64,000 nucleotides of DNA from NCBI GenBank assembly GCA_040954595.2, contig CM082576.2, positions 14,511,129 through 14,575,128 on the forward strand, given 5' to 3'. The notes under the pieces are model-generated. The model was not told the DNA's origin, made no database searches, and saw nothing but the letters and a program-made list of their open reading frames with translations. The position numbers and the translations under genes are program-made. This DNA comes from Balanoglossus misakiensis (Eukaryota > Animalia > Hemichordata). Below, one piece after another: positions 13,051 to 24,712 of the stretch. How positions within the stretch are numbered: position 1 is the first letter of the stretch; each line of letters opens with the position of its first letter.

Positions 13051-14000
13051 GCAGCGATAATGAAATTTGAAAGGATATGATAAATAATGGTTCTGCTATT
13101 TGAAAGTTCCCTTTAGCTGTAACCCTCGGCAGTATTTTCAGGAAATTTGTTCGAATCCCTGAAGCATGATGAGATGGCCAGCAATGATCCTCACGTGATA
13201 TGTGACAGATCATTTTGGCGCGTCGATTCACTGAGTTGAGGTAAGGTAGTTCGTTAAAATCAACAGACTATAAGCTTGTTGCTAGTGAAACCAAAATGTT
13301 GTGGAAGATTTTGTGTCACAGCCCTAGATGATAGTGTATATAACGCAGCGGGTGATCTTTTTCGAACATCTGCAGAAGCCGGCATAAAAAGTTGTCGGCG
13401 TTAGTGCTAAGATCGATTTGTAGAGCCACGGTCGTAATCGAGTTCATCTTTTTTGTCGACGCCGAAAATGGACGCGCAGAATGAGGCGCCCGTAGCACAG
13501 AGAACAGAGGAATCTTGTTGTTGTTGTTGTTGTTGTTGTTGATTAGTGTGTGTGCATGAAGTTGTTTAGAATTTGCAAAATGAATTGAAAGGTGTGGTAC
13601 AAAGAGCTTCTGATTTATTAACTGCTGTTTATTTCCAATTATTACAACTTTGAAGTCATATCTTCTACATTTTGTACTCTCTTCCTTATTAAACCAATAT
13701 CTATAGTGTTTTATAGCGGTGGCTATGAGTTGAATCTTTCTGGCGTGTATCACGTCAAGGAAATAATGTTATACCTGAATACATTTGTGCCTCATTTTGT
13801 ACTATAAAATTATTACTTCTTTCATACATTTGAGCGAAGGTCTCTCTCTTTCTAGTTTGTCCTTCTCTGGAATTAATAATTAGTGTTTACACGAAAATTT
13901 ACCGTCGGTGATATACATGTATAAGGCTTGGCTGTGTTAATATCGAAAATACATGCATTTTGATATAATAAGGCTTGCGTTCATATCGACTATGAATATG

Positions 14001-14160
14001 TTAAAGGTATACGGTCACCATGGCAAATTGAGATCTAGCCAATCACAGATTTTAGGTGGGTGGCAAACGCGTAAAAAAAGCGCCACCATATGTTCTTTAG
14101 AACGCTCAAATACGCCATTTCAGCCATATATGGGCGTATGTAAATTGGGGGTGACTGCAT
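14001..14160. mobile_element. Short non-autonomous DNA element, copy 2 of 12884-13050
   Basis: Shares TTAAAGGTATACGGTCACC...GCAAATTGAG.TCTAGCCAATCACAGATTT...GCGCCACCATATGTTCTTT...TATGGGCGTATGTAAATTGG.GGTGACTG. Confidence 0.55.
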
Positions 14161-14290
14161 GGACCACTTCGATAGCATAACATGCATAACGCAGGGTGTT
14201 GTGGGACAGTTTGCGTTCTGAGCGCGTGCGTTAGCCATGCACTAGACGCTATGTTGAACGCAAATTATACCACCATGCATTGCAGATACC

Positions 14291-17200
14291 CTATCCGCGA
14301 AGTGGTCTATCTCCATCTAGAAGTGGTCTATCTCCATCAATATCTCCATCTAGGCCTATACCTTCAATATACGGACAGCAGAAACGGACTTCATAATCCT
14401 CACAGTGTTGGTCCATGTTGCGGCAGGCAAATCCAGCGGTTGTGTCGAAGTATCTGAAGTTACCGTCGTCTGGAGTCACGATTTCCCCGCTTTGCTTCCT
14501 TCGTACCTGCATACCTCTGGGGCTTTCGCATATCTCGTCTCGATATTCGTTGCGGAGGTGATCCAGAGTTTCCCAGTCTCCAACACCACCTGGATTGTCT
14601 CTGTCGTACCACCTGGTCCATCGGCTACAACTCTCGGCTGTAAATTAAATTAAAAGCTTGTTACCTCATAATGCTATCATGAGTGCGACTAGATCGGACC
14701 TATCCTTAGACCAAAAAAAATACTCAAAAGCGATGATTTGATGAATTCTGTGTTAAATATTCGCCGAAAATAACCAAAGGACTAACATTTCGTCTAAGCT
14801 AGAAAATCTTATAGTCGTATTGTTTAGGGAGTCGGACCAAGCCACTGAAACTTTACATTTTCAGAAGATATGGGCGGCTGACCTCGCTTACCTGGACAAC
14901 AAAACCGAACTCTGTAATCCATACACTGCTTGTCAGGCTGTTGGTCATTGAAACAACTAAACCCACTTGTTGGATTGTACTGTGAAAACGTCTCCCCGGT
15001 CGATTCAGCGGAAACGCCATCTAGTGTTTCGGCATATATCGCTGACGGGTTAGGACAAATCAAACCTGGATATTCACGCCTTAGATTTTGTAGGTCTTCC
15101 GCGTCTGCCTGTCCAGTGGGGTCATCTCGGTCAAAGAACTGGGTTAGCATTCCGTCACAGTCTGTAGAATCAGGCACAGGGCGTCATATTTTGTTTAAGT
15201 GATTTCAAAAATAAATGTAGAGCGGCGTTGTGTGTAACGGGCAAAAGGATTACTACACTGTAGTTGGAACTGGAAGTATCCTAGCAATCTATCATTATTT
15301 TCCTGAGGTCATGACAAACCAACCAACGCATTACAACACCATTGATTAGGCCTTAGTTACAGATCATTCATTGCAGCGAATTCAATTGGAACACTTGATT
15401 ACCCGAACGAAGGTCTGGGTCATTTTAAAGAATTTCTAAATCAGACAAAGGTAAATGGACTCAATCAAAACGATATGCACCCAGTGCAGCGGGCAGTAGC
15501 TAAAAATAATAATAAAAAATATTGGGTCTGGACGCTACCGCCACCACATCGTGGAATGCTGAATAAAAATACTATCACACACAGGCTGAAAGTTGTAGTC
15601 CAGCTTCATGATAAAATATCCCGAATCGAACATAAGATTTTTTGCCGTAGAATTCCTTCAATAAGACAACGCTGCGAAAAGGAATAAAATGGATGCAATT
15701 TAAGAAAACACTTCCTTCAAATTTCGAGAGTAAAATATTACAACCCCTTACCTCGGCAACAGAATTTTACTCTGTAGTCCATGCATCGTCCATCGCTCTG
15801 ATCTTTCATACGGCAGACCAAGCCCTGTTCTGGGCCATACGCGAAAAACGTTTCTCCGGTCAACTCGGCTGGCACTCCAGTTGTAGTTTCGGCGTATACT
15901 GCTGACGGCTTTTCGCAGATTTTGCCCGGGTTTTCAGACCGCAAATAATTCAGAGTTTCCCAATCCCCGGTTGTGCCTGGGTTGTCCCGGTCAAAAAACT
16001 GTGTCCATTCACCATTGCAATCTGTCGGAGCAGATTATATATTATTGTATACCTTTAATTATGGAGTATAGTGTCACTGCAATTAAAATAATAATCATTT
16101 ATACAGTGAATTGCTGCAGGCTCACCTAAGTCTCGGCACATACAATGTGATGACGAAAACAACTAAATTTGGTAATGTTACTATCAAGTAAAATTCAGCT
16201 AAGTGTACCTCAAATGTGCATATTATAGTGTTTGGCCCACGTTCGCTATATGTCAATAAGTGGACGTACGAAGCATACCTGGTAAGCAGTCCACGTATTC
16301 TTCCTTGTATGCTACTCTGTAAAGAACATATACATGAAATTGCAGCAGTTATGAAACGGATTAGTTCACATTTTTAAAATGTTCCTTAGGGACCGTTCAG
16401 TTTTTACGGCAGGGGGGGGGGGCTGGCAAGTTTGTGTCATCGGTTCTCAAAATCAGGCCGACCCCCCCTTCACCCTGGACCAAAAAATGATGACCCCCCC
16501 CTTTGACAGACCCAAAAATATGATGACCCCCCCCCCACGGCCAAAACATTCGCCGTCCTGATCCTATGTACACTGTATGCAATAAAGGGAATGAGGCTCC
16601 TCACACCTCAATTATAAATTTCTTTAAGTATTATTGAAGTATATAATAGTATATCGTTGCAATAAAGAAATCTATGAACAAATGAAAATGACAAGTCAAT
16701 ACAATAGTTGCTAGAATCGGTAAAACCAGAAAAGAAAATTTTGTAAAATACGGTGCTCAAAGTTGCAATTTAATGAACTCAAAAACAAATTAACTAAATG
16801 TTAGGGAGGACAAATTTTAATTTTGCCACTCCACTCAAAGTAAGCATCGGGGGGGTGGGGTGGGAAGAAGGCTTCCCTGGTACACTAGACAAACCAGCAA
16901 AAAATGCAATGTGGCGAAGAATGGAGGGGGTGGGTGTGGGAGGGGATGTCCCCCCCTAAACGTTAAAAAAAAACCAGATGACCCCCCCCCTTGTGGACTT
17001 CAAAATTTAAGTGACCCCCCCCCCCGGCCGTAAAAACTGAACGGTCCCTTATACGGTAGATGACTACTCACAAGTTAGAATATTGTCATTTTCTTGATTG
17101 TTATATATATAGTGTTTATCAATGAATGTTAAAAAAAAACAAATATAGAGAGAAAAGAGGGTATTCTCATGCTACATTTTCAGTTAGGGGGTCTCAAAGA

Positions 17201-19247
17201 TTGTCGAAAATGCTGACTCAGCACTTTGCTCGCACTGCTTATGCGATCGTATTCCTATCAAAATATCTTAGCAGCTCTATTTAAAAAAACCAAGCGCGGC
17301 GACATAGAGATTCCATTACCAGCTTTTGTGGCCGGAGTTTTCTAGTCTTCAACCAGATACTTGCACAAATTTGTTTCAATACAATATACAAATTACCCAA
17401 GTGAGCCACTTGTGGGTGGCTCTCAATAACGTTTGTTCGAAATCTCATCCTGTATAAGCGGCTTTAGGCCTGCGCTTTGCAACACAGGCATGTTGGCCGC
17501 AAAAAAATGAATACATCGGGTTAGTAATAGAAGAACTTACCGATAACGAACACAACGAGACCAACCCCAGAATCCGCACCTGGCAGAGTAAGACTGACTG
17601 TAGCTCACTGTCTCTTTTCGACAGGCACTGATGAAAAAACAAATAAGAAATATTACAATATTGACAAAATTGCAATAAGGCTTCTATAATAATAAAGCAT
17701 TCTTAATTAGGATGGTATAGAAGTCGGTCACTCCGTTTGTAAGCACAACCTTGACAAACTTTCAGGATATGAGTACTTTCTCATCTCGACACCTAATAAA
17801 AAAAATAGCTTTCCACTATTATTACGGCTGGTTTCTCATGATTGTTCATGCATCGGGGAATCTGTAGCGATGAGATTAACCCTTGAAATGTATTTCCGAT
17901 ATTTGACTGTTCATGTCGTTTAGCATCTCGCGATCCATGCTGTAATCTTTCCGCTGGACGTCGCCGTTTCTGTCTCCGATGGATTTGTTTCGTCTACCCG
18001 GATTCTCCACCATGTATTACGGCTGGTTTCTCATGATTGTTCATGCATCGGGGAATCTGTAGCGATGAGGTATCGGGCTCTGACGAGAACAGTGATCCAC
18101 GGAGACACGTATCTGATTCACGTTCATTTATTGTGCAGAACTACTCCAGTACATCAAATACGCCCAGTAAAGTACATGAGGAAGGGAACGAGCTCAGTAG
18201 CCTGAGGTACTCCCATCTCCCGTTAGATTATTTCTCCTCAACTTTGGAAACAAAGTTCTCTTATAATTACTTTTCTCAAGGCGTGGTTAATAATGTAAAA
18301 TATATGTGTTACAATTTCATTGGGCATCAGTCAACTCTATACGAACCAATTTACATAAGGTGTTATATAACAAAGTCAGTTCGGTGATGATTGACAATCA
18401 GAGCAGTCAGTTAAACACCCGCTCTCCCTATCTACTTCAAATACATAACATCAAATACTATCAAACATTGACATTTCCGAGCTCTGGATTAATTAACCCT
18501 TGAAATCGTATTTGACCTTTATACAGATCGTAACACTATACACAACCCCGTTTTTAGAAAATGTGTAGATGCTACTTCTCTGTTGAAGAATTTAAGCTCA
18601 AAGTTTATGTTTTCACTTCATAGAGATTGCAGACTCCCTTTTCATATTTCTGTCACATTATTCATTTTATCTGTCGGTTCACCTTCAAAGTGCCACCAGA
18701 AGGCGCTTTGAAAGGTGGCAGTATTTCTAAGTGTGAAGACTTGTGCAGCTTTCTGCGAGACCAATCGTTTGTCTGAAGCTTAATACCTTTTTTTCTTTTT
18801 TTTCTTTTATTAAAATATGATTGCTAAAGGTTTCATAACTACAAAAGTGTACATCAAAAGAATACCATGTACAAATCAATTGGACAAAAAAACTAGTTCA
18901 AAATTTTACATGTATGAAAGAAGTCTCTCAAAAATATTTAATCTGTCGCTGTTATTGTAGATTATTTTATCTACTTTATACCTCTGTCTAAACTCACACT
19001 TTAACATGATAATTAAAGGAATATTCTTGTCAAGCAACCAGTATTTGTGGATACACCACTTACCAATTATAATTAACAGATTTACAATGTTTTCTTCCAT
19101 TCTTGAGAAGCTTTTGTTTGTATAACAAGTGAAAATTATATCACAATTCTGTAGTATGAACGTTTTGTCGATACTTTGTTGAACTGAAGCTTACCTTGTC
19201 TGTTTCAAGTACCAACAACACAAAATTGCGACCAACAGAGCCCTCAT
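14291..19247 (-). CDS. Secreted protein with three WxxW (Mucin2_WxxW / CILP-type CysD) domains, about 325 aa
   Basis: Exons (minus): 19247-19195 (signal-like MRALLVAILCCWYLKQT), 16316-16279 (VAYKEEYVDCLP), 16021-15752, 15161-14892, 14637-14291. All introns are GT-AG and phases are consistent (978 nt). Each domain follows WTx[FW][FY]DRD.P...D.E.L..LR.E....IC..P......C...Q..C.DY.V.FCC (the first W is L in domain 2). Confidence 0.88.
16389..17048. mobile_element. PIF/Harbinger-like MITE (intron of WxxW gene)
   Basis: TIRs GGGACCGTTCAGTTTTTACGGC / GCCGTAAAAACTGAACGGTCCC with TTA on both sides (3-bp TSD); partial copy at about 47405-47558. Confidence 0.88.
17818..18535 (-). mobile_element. Internally deleted LTR retrotransposon (Gypsy-like): full 5' LTR, PBS, short internal stub, deleted 3' LTR
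   Basis: Minus-strand LTR 18535-18013 starts TGTTACG, ends TAATACA and contains AATAAA. It is followed directly by PBS TGGTGGAGAATCCGGGTA (18012-17995, tRNA-Ala type). Region 17818-17900 repeats both LTR ends joined together. Confidence 0.75.
18787..19186 (-). mobile_element. 5'-truncated L1/Tx1-like LINE 3' end with poly(A) tail
   Basis: Matches 41858-42201 in reverse. Encodes an ORF2 C-terminus-like MEENIVNLLIIIGKWCIHKYW...FERLL. A-rich tail; flanked on both sides by TAAGCTTCAG (TSD). Confidence 0.75.
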
Positions 19248-19309
19248 CCTTACTTGTAGACTAGTATCGGTCAGGAATGTTCGGGAAGAGCGTGGTGAGT
19301 GCAGCGATG

Positions 19310-19345
19310 ACTGAATGCTGTCTGTCCGAAACGAGCTGCCTTATA
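19310..19345 (-). promoter_or_regulatory. Candidate TATA box + initiator of the WxxW gene
   Basis: Minus-strand TATAA (19345-19341) about 30 nt upstream of a TCAGT Inr (19314-19310), which lies about 65 nt before ATG 19247. Confidence 0.45.
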
Positions 19346-22300
19346 CTTGTCTACTAACAATGGCGCGGGAAAGAAGGTTTTTATAGAAGTGACAACGCCC
19401 ATGCTTTCTATTATTCGGGGTTACTCTGCCGATGAATCCGAAACTCACAAAGCAGCACGAGACAGAGAGGAAAGAAAATATTTTCATGTAAACAACGGGG
19501 AAACTTGGGGAAATTCCCATAGACGGTCACGCCCTAACTTAACTTAAAATTCACGTTCTGTACCTTTTATGTGGGAAGGGCAGAAAGATTCAGAATACTG
19601 GAATTGAAAAAAATACGATTCCCCATCCTTACTTCAACCTTCCGTTTATATGTAAGGTAGTTACTGACGCGCAATGCGTCGTGTAATGTTGATATTATGT
19701 CTCTCTTTATGTCAAAAAAACGGATTTGTACAATAATTTTTACGTTGCTTCGAAACTTGTCTTCCTCTGGCGACAAAATCACCTCTGGTCATCATGCTAT
19801 CCCTCGATGCATTCGATTTAATGGGAACTGGATATTAAAATCAAAAGAAGAATCAATAAGTACAGACAAAATAACAAAATACAGAAGATTACGTCTGATA
19901 TACCGAGTGGTATTAAATTAGCAAAACCATCATTGAATCTTAACACTCGAAACTGACGTTTGCATGGCAATTATTTGGACAGCGGCCGATATTTCTTATA
20001 GGCCTGAAACACAAGCCAAGAATGTACAACGCTGGATTTAATTTCATGGTCATCTTTTCATTGACCATTACAATATCCTTTTAAATTGTACCATTTCTTC
20101 TAAATCGAGCAACAGAAAGTCTAAATTCTCCTGCTGATAGCACTTTATCTTACTTCAATTTTGTCGAATTCTGGAGAGAGAAAAAAATCAAAGCGAAATT
20201 GAACGTACATCTGTCATTTGATATCAGAGTTGTTTTCCTATGGTTTAGAAGCGCGTTGCCAACGGGCTGGTCGTTCACTTCACCGCTGTTTGTGGGTCAC
20301 GTGAAATTCCGGGTTTATGGTCGTTCATGCGTTTGTTCCGTACGTACAATGGCTCTACCCAATTAACTAACGCGTCGTGACCCATTACAATATCTGTACC
20401 ATACGCTCCAGGTGTGATGAATTGAGCGTCGTGACTTGAGTAAAATGCCAGTCTCGCGATGTTGATTTTGGTCACACCTGTAATAAGTCTTAGTAAATCA
20501 ACAAAGTAATACAATGGATTACCTGGCCACGCCTACGCTTTGGGTTCATTTTTTTTGCAAAAACAAGTCGAAGGAACTTTCTAAGTTCATTGATTCCTAC
20601 AGTTTACTGACATTGTCACCAACGATTAAAGAAAAACAGCATTTTGTCTGTACCATAGGGAATTAGGGACAAGTTCCGAAATGCTTTATGACTTATCTTC
20701 ACATCAAAAATTGTGAACTTATCTTCCTTCAGTCACAAATGAGTCAGAGATTAACAATTTATCGAGACCTACTTATTTTTCCATGAAAATCTGAATACAT
20801 GCGCCAAGACTATAGAAAACCAGACCCATCCAAACCAAGATTCGTCAATCATATGCTGAACCAGAAATAATTGTAATTGATAATAGATCGGAATCCTAGA
20901 TATTGATGATGGGGTTAGAAATGAACGTTTCAGTGTTGCTTACATGGTCACGTGACCAAAAACTAAAGAGGGCCTTTTCAAAAACCACTGCAATTTATTC
21001 ATGTTCACCACAATTTGAAGTAGGCCTACATGTACTATAAATCTTTGTTTTCAGTTTGAGAAAAACTGGAATTGAGAAATTTTACTGACTTCAAAAAGTA
21101 TAACTGTTACCTTGCAAGCCGATTGTCGGCTTAACACAAGATGTTTTGCTTGATTTGCAATCATTTTACTGACTTCAGAGAAAGTAAGAACAATTCTCAG
21201 AGACGTTTTGCAAAAAAAAAAAAACGTTCAGTAAGATTGTGTAGAAATTGACTGAACTTCTGGTCATCCGTTTGTTTGAGTAATAATATTTATAAAACAA
21301 AAAAAAAACGTATCAAAATGACTAACTGAGAAAATCCTAAGACAGATTCCTTGGTGACCTATTTTCTAACATGGTCCCTTGCACTATTGACGATCGGTCA
21401 CCTCGTGGGTTCATGCAACATGGAATAGTTTGGATAACAAAACAAACTTTTTTGAATGATGGTTGGGCGAAACTGGCACGCTACCTTAGTCTATCTACGA
21501 ATCATCTGTATCAAAACAAACTGGTTTCTATGGCGTCTACTGTCAAGGGGTATCTGAAGCCGATATGATACGAGGTCATCGCACGGACTCGTGTACTTTT
21601 AGCTCTAGCAGTCTCGAGGGCGGATGTCACCCGCTCCAAGCAACATACATCTATGTACATAATCACATACAATGCTATTGCTATTGGAGACTAACTATTT
21701 ATGTACCCATACATAAAACTTGAAAAAAACACTTCAAGACCACTCCTTTATTTTTGTGTTCAACAAAATGCTGGAGGCAACACAAAGCCAAACCATGCAT
21801 GTGACATCAGCAAACCATGACATCAGCAAAGACAAGTCAAAGTCTGATTCTTACCAGCCTTAAGGAGTAGTTATGGAAAACTATTCTAATATTTTCTGTT
21901 AAATACTTTCTTTGCAAATGACAATCTCATTCGTATATATTTTCAATATATTCAGTAGGGAAATGATATTGAAGTGTTTCTTTTCGTTTCAAAAACCGCA
22001 GAATAAAAATAGGTTGAATGTTGTAGACGAGTAACTTGCTCATCTGATGAAAGGGAAGATAAAAGTGGATAAACTATTGCAAACACAGGGCGGCCTATGT
22101 CAAGGGACTGACGCTATTTAAAAGTGGCCTCCAAGATTATCAGCTGAATCCAGATTTTCAGATTACAAAATTGCCAGATTTTTTTAGATTGCAACTTTAC
22201 TTGAAAAACTTTACATGAAAAACTTCATGCCAGCAACATAGGGAGCCGTCATTATTTACGGCCTGGGGTCGGAGGAATTTCACTAGAATTTGTAGAAACT

Positions 22301-22933
22301 CCACCCGTAGCCAAGCATGCGGAATTTGAGTACCCCCCCCCCCCCTCCCCCCTTTTTTTTCTCTACACGGAAATTTTGAGTGACCCCATTTCCCTCTCAA
22401 TCCGGAACAATTATACATGTATATCAATACATCAGGCATCACGCACCACACCCCATTCTAATTATGTATTGACCAATCAAAATGCGGCATGCAAGACCAG
22501 GTAAAAACTGAATGTCCTCACGTGATACTTGGCGCGTTGATTGATGTATTCGAAGACAAGCTGCAAAAGCGTCAACAGGTTTTCAAACCCTTCCGCCAAA
22601 ATGACGCAGAAGAAGTTGGGAATACTCGATAAGTATTTCATAATAATAAGATTGGACGTCTTTAGTGTTAATAGATTTTAGTTTGTCTAAATCTCGACCC
22701 TAAAGTGGGAACAGGGTTCAAGTTCATTTAAAGAGAAACGCTGGTGACAAAGAACACAAAAATGTGATGCTCCACGTTTGCAAACAGAAAACAAACATAG
22801 AATGAAAGACCAAGCCCACTGTAAAATCTTAATTTTCATTCATCATGTGACCCTTTCCAGTTTAAACAATGAATCTTGCTCTACGAATATGTCGAAAATA
22901 TGGAAGGACGCCCTCTTCGCGGAAAATGCGTAT

Positions 22934-23006
22934 GGGGCTGTGGCGCAACGGATAACGCGTCTGACTACGGATCAGAAGATTCCAGGTTCGAATCCTGGCA
23001 GCCTCG
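22934..23006 (+). tRNA. tRNA-Arg (ACG)
   Basis: Identical 73-nt sequence; TTTTT terminator about 13 nt downstream. Confidence 0.97.
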
Positions 23007-24038
23007 TTTACCCTTAACTTTTTGCGGATTTATTTTATAAAAATAAAACCGTGCAATTCGCGGATAATTATTTTGTTAGGCCTAAATGTCTAATATGAGA
23101 AGAAAGCAAAAAGAAACATAGAGACTTCAAGATCCTGAGTTCGAACATCTTCAGAGCGGTCGAAGACTTGCGTTAAGATTTTCAGGATTAAATTTTGTTT
23201 TGTGTGTACATATATATTGCGGTATAGTTTAAGTCGCTGAAGCTACAGCAATGATCAGTAGAAAAGAGCTGTTTTCAATTTTAATTTTTCGGGAAAACTT
23301 AGTGAAAGAACCGAACTCGTGCGATACTATGCTAAAAATTCGAAGGCGTTCTTTTACTGTGCGGATAAAAAGTTTTTACTAAGAGCATTTCAAATGTGAA
23401 ACGTGATAAAAAACATAATATAGTAAGAAACGCTTAGGGGGCCTAGACGTCAAACTTAAATTGAAGTTCTCTTGAACTGAACTTCTTGTTTGGGTTTAAA
23501 TAGTACAGTACAGGCTTGGCTGCTTGCTGTACTGGCTAATTTTAGGTATACATGTACATGTACATAAGCGGTAACCCATGTGCCGTACTACTACTGTTAT
23601 CACATTCTAGAGCCACATAATAGAGGGCCTAGGTTTTAGGTCGAATTTTGATTAGGCCTAGAATAGATTGTATTGTGTGCAAATTAGGCCTAAGAAGTAA
23701 GCGTAGGCATTCATACACGTTGGGAAAATGACAGTTTTGTGAGCCAATTTTAGTGCAATTGATCAGTGTTTGCAGACTACGCTTTGCATTATTGCTTTCC
23801 AATTCCTTGTATATCTGCTGTACAGTTTTTGATCTGGGGTCCATCAAACATGAAGTCGGGTCAAAGGTACGAAGGCTACCATTGTCATCAGTTTGAGTTT
23901 TTTTTACCATTTTCCCTGTTTTCGTCCAAATTATAACAATAAAAAAAACATCTCTCTTTGGCATAATGAAATATTTTCGATCTTGGATGTTCAGAACGGT
24001 TTCATTTATTGATGAATTTTGCAAAAGGGAAGGGATTT

Positions 24039-24111
24039 CGAGGCTGCCAGGATTCGAACCTGGAATCTTCTGATCCGTAGTCAGACGCGTTATCCGTTGC
24101 GCCACAGCCCC
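24039..24111 (-). tRNA. tRNA-Arg (ACG)
   Basis: Identical 73-nt sequence; upstream TATA-like elements; divergent from MAP10. Confidence 0.97.
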
Positions 24112-24712
24112 TTCCGATGTAAGCGTTGAGTCAATTATAAGTTTTATAAGCCCAAAACTGACATTCTCAGACAGTTTAGTGCAGTGACCAACCAGTTTCG
24201 TAATCCAGTGGATTCAGAAACAGCTTGGAATTATATATTTATGCTATTACTTTACTGAAGTTGATCCGACCTCGGCGCAGCGCCCGCTCATATGCAAACG
24301 CAGCAAGTTTGAAAGAATCCATCAGGCCAGTACCACTTCCGTCTATACAAATCTAGTTTATCATCAATTTTTGTAATAGTTTTTTTAAGGCATTGACCCT
24401 TCGATAAGCATTCTAAAGAGTGCGGGTAAAACTGGCAGGTTGCGTCATGTTCGTGTCCAAACCCTTGTTCCCGCGTTTTCTTGAATGAAAACAATGGTGA
24501 CCTCATCAACAAGGTCGTGACCCACAAGCCCCCGCGATGCATTCCTCAGCGGGAAAACCAAAATGGCGAACATAGCAACTTGACGAACACCGCCAGGGAA
24601 ATGTGAGCAACAACTCAGAATTCCAAAAGACAGAAACCCATGCAACCATCTACCGAAGTCAGTAATTAGCGGAGTGTTAACTTCATCGACGTCAAATTAG
24701 TTTGACCCCAAA

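Noticed and set aside
17320-17359. Alternative small exons for the WxxW gene (17320-17359 and 16126-16162)
   Set aside because: Weak acceptors; the single exon 16279-16316 has better splice signals and restores phase by itself.
23125-23150. B-box-like AAGATCCTGAGTTCGAAC after tRNA copy 4
   Set aside because: No A box or cloverleaf could be built; too short to call.
7702-24105. Short ORFs containing AQRITRLTTDQKIPGSNPGSL or its reverse
   Set aside because: These are translations of the tRNA-Arg genes.
7809-24111. tRNA copies as SINE heads
   Set aside because: Cloverleaves are intact and essentially identical, with immediate oligo-T terminators and no shared body or tail.
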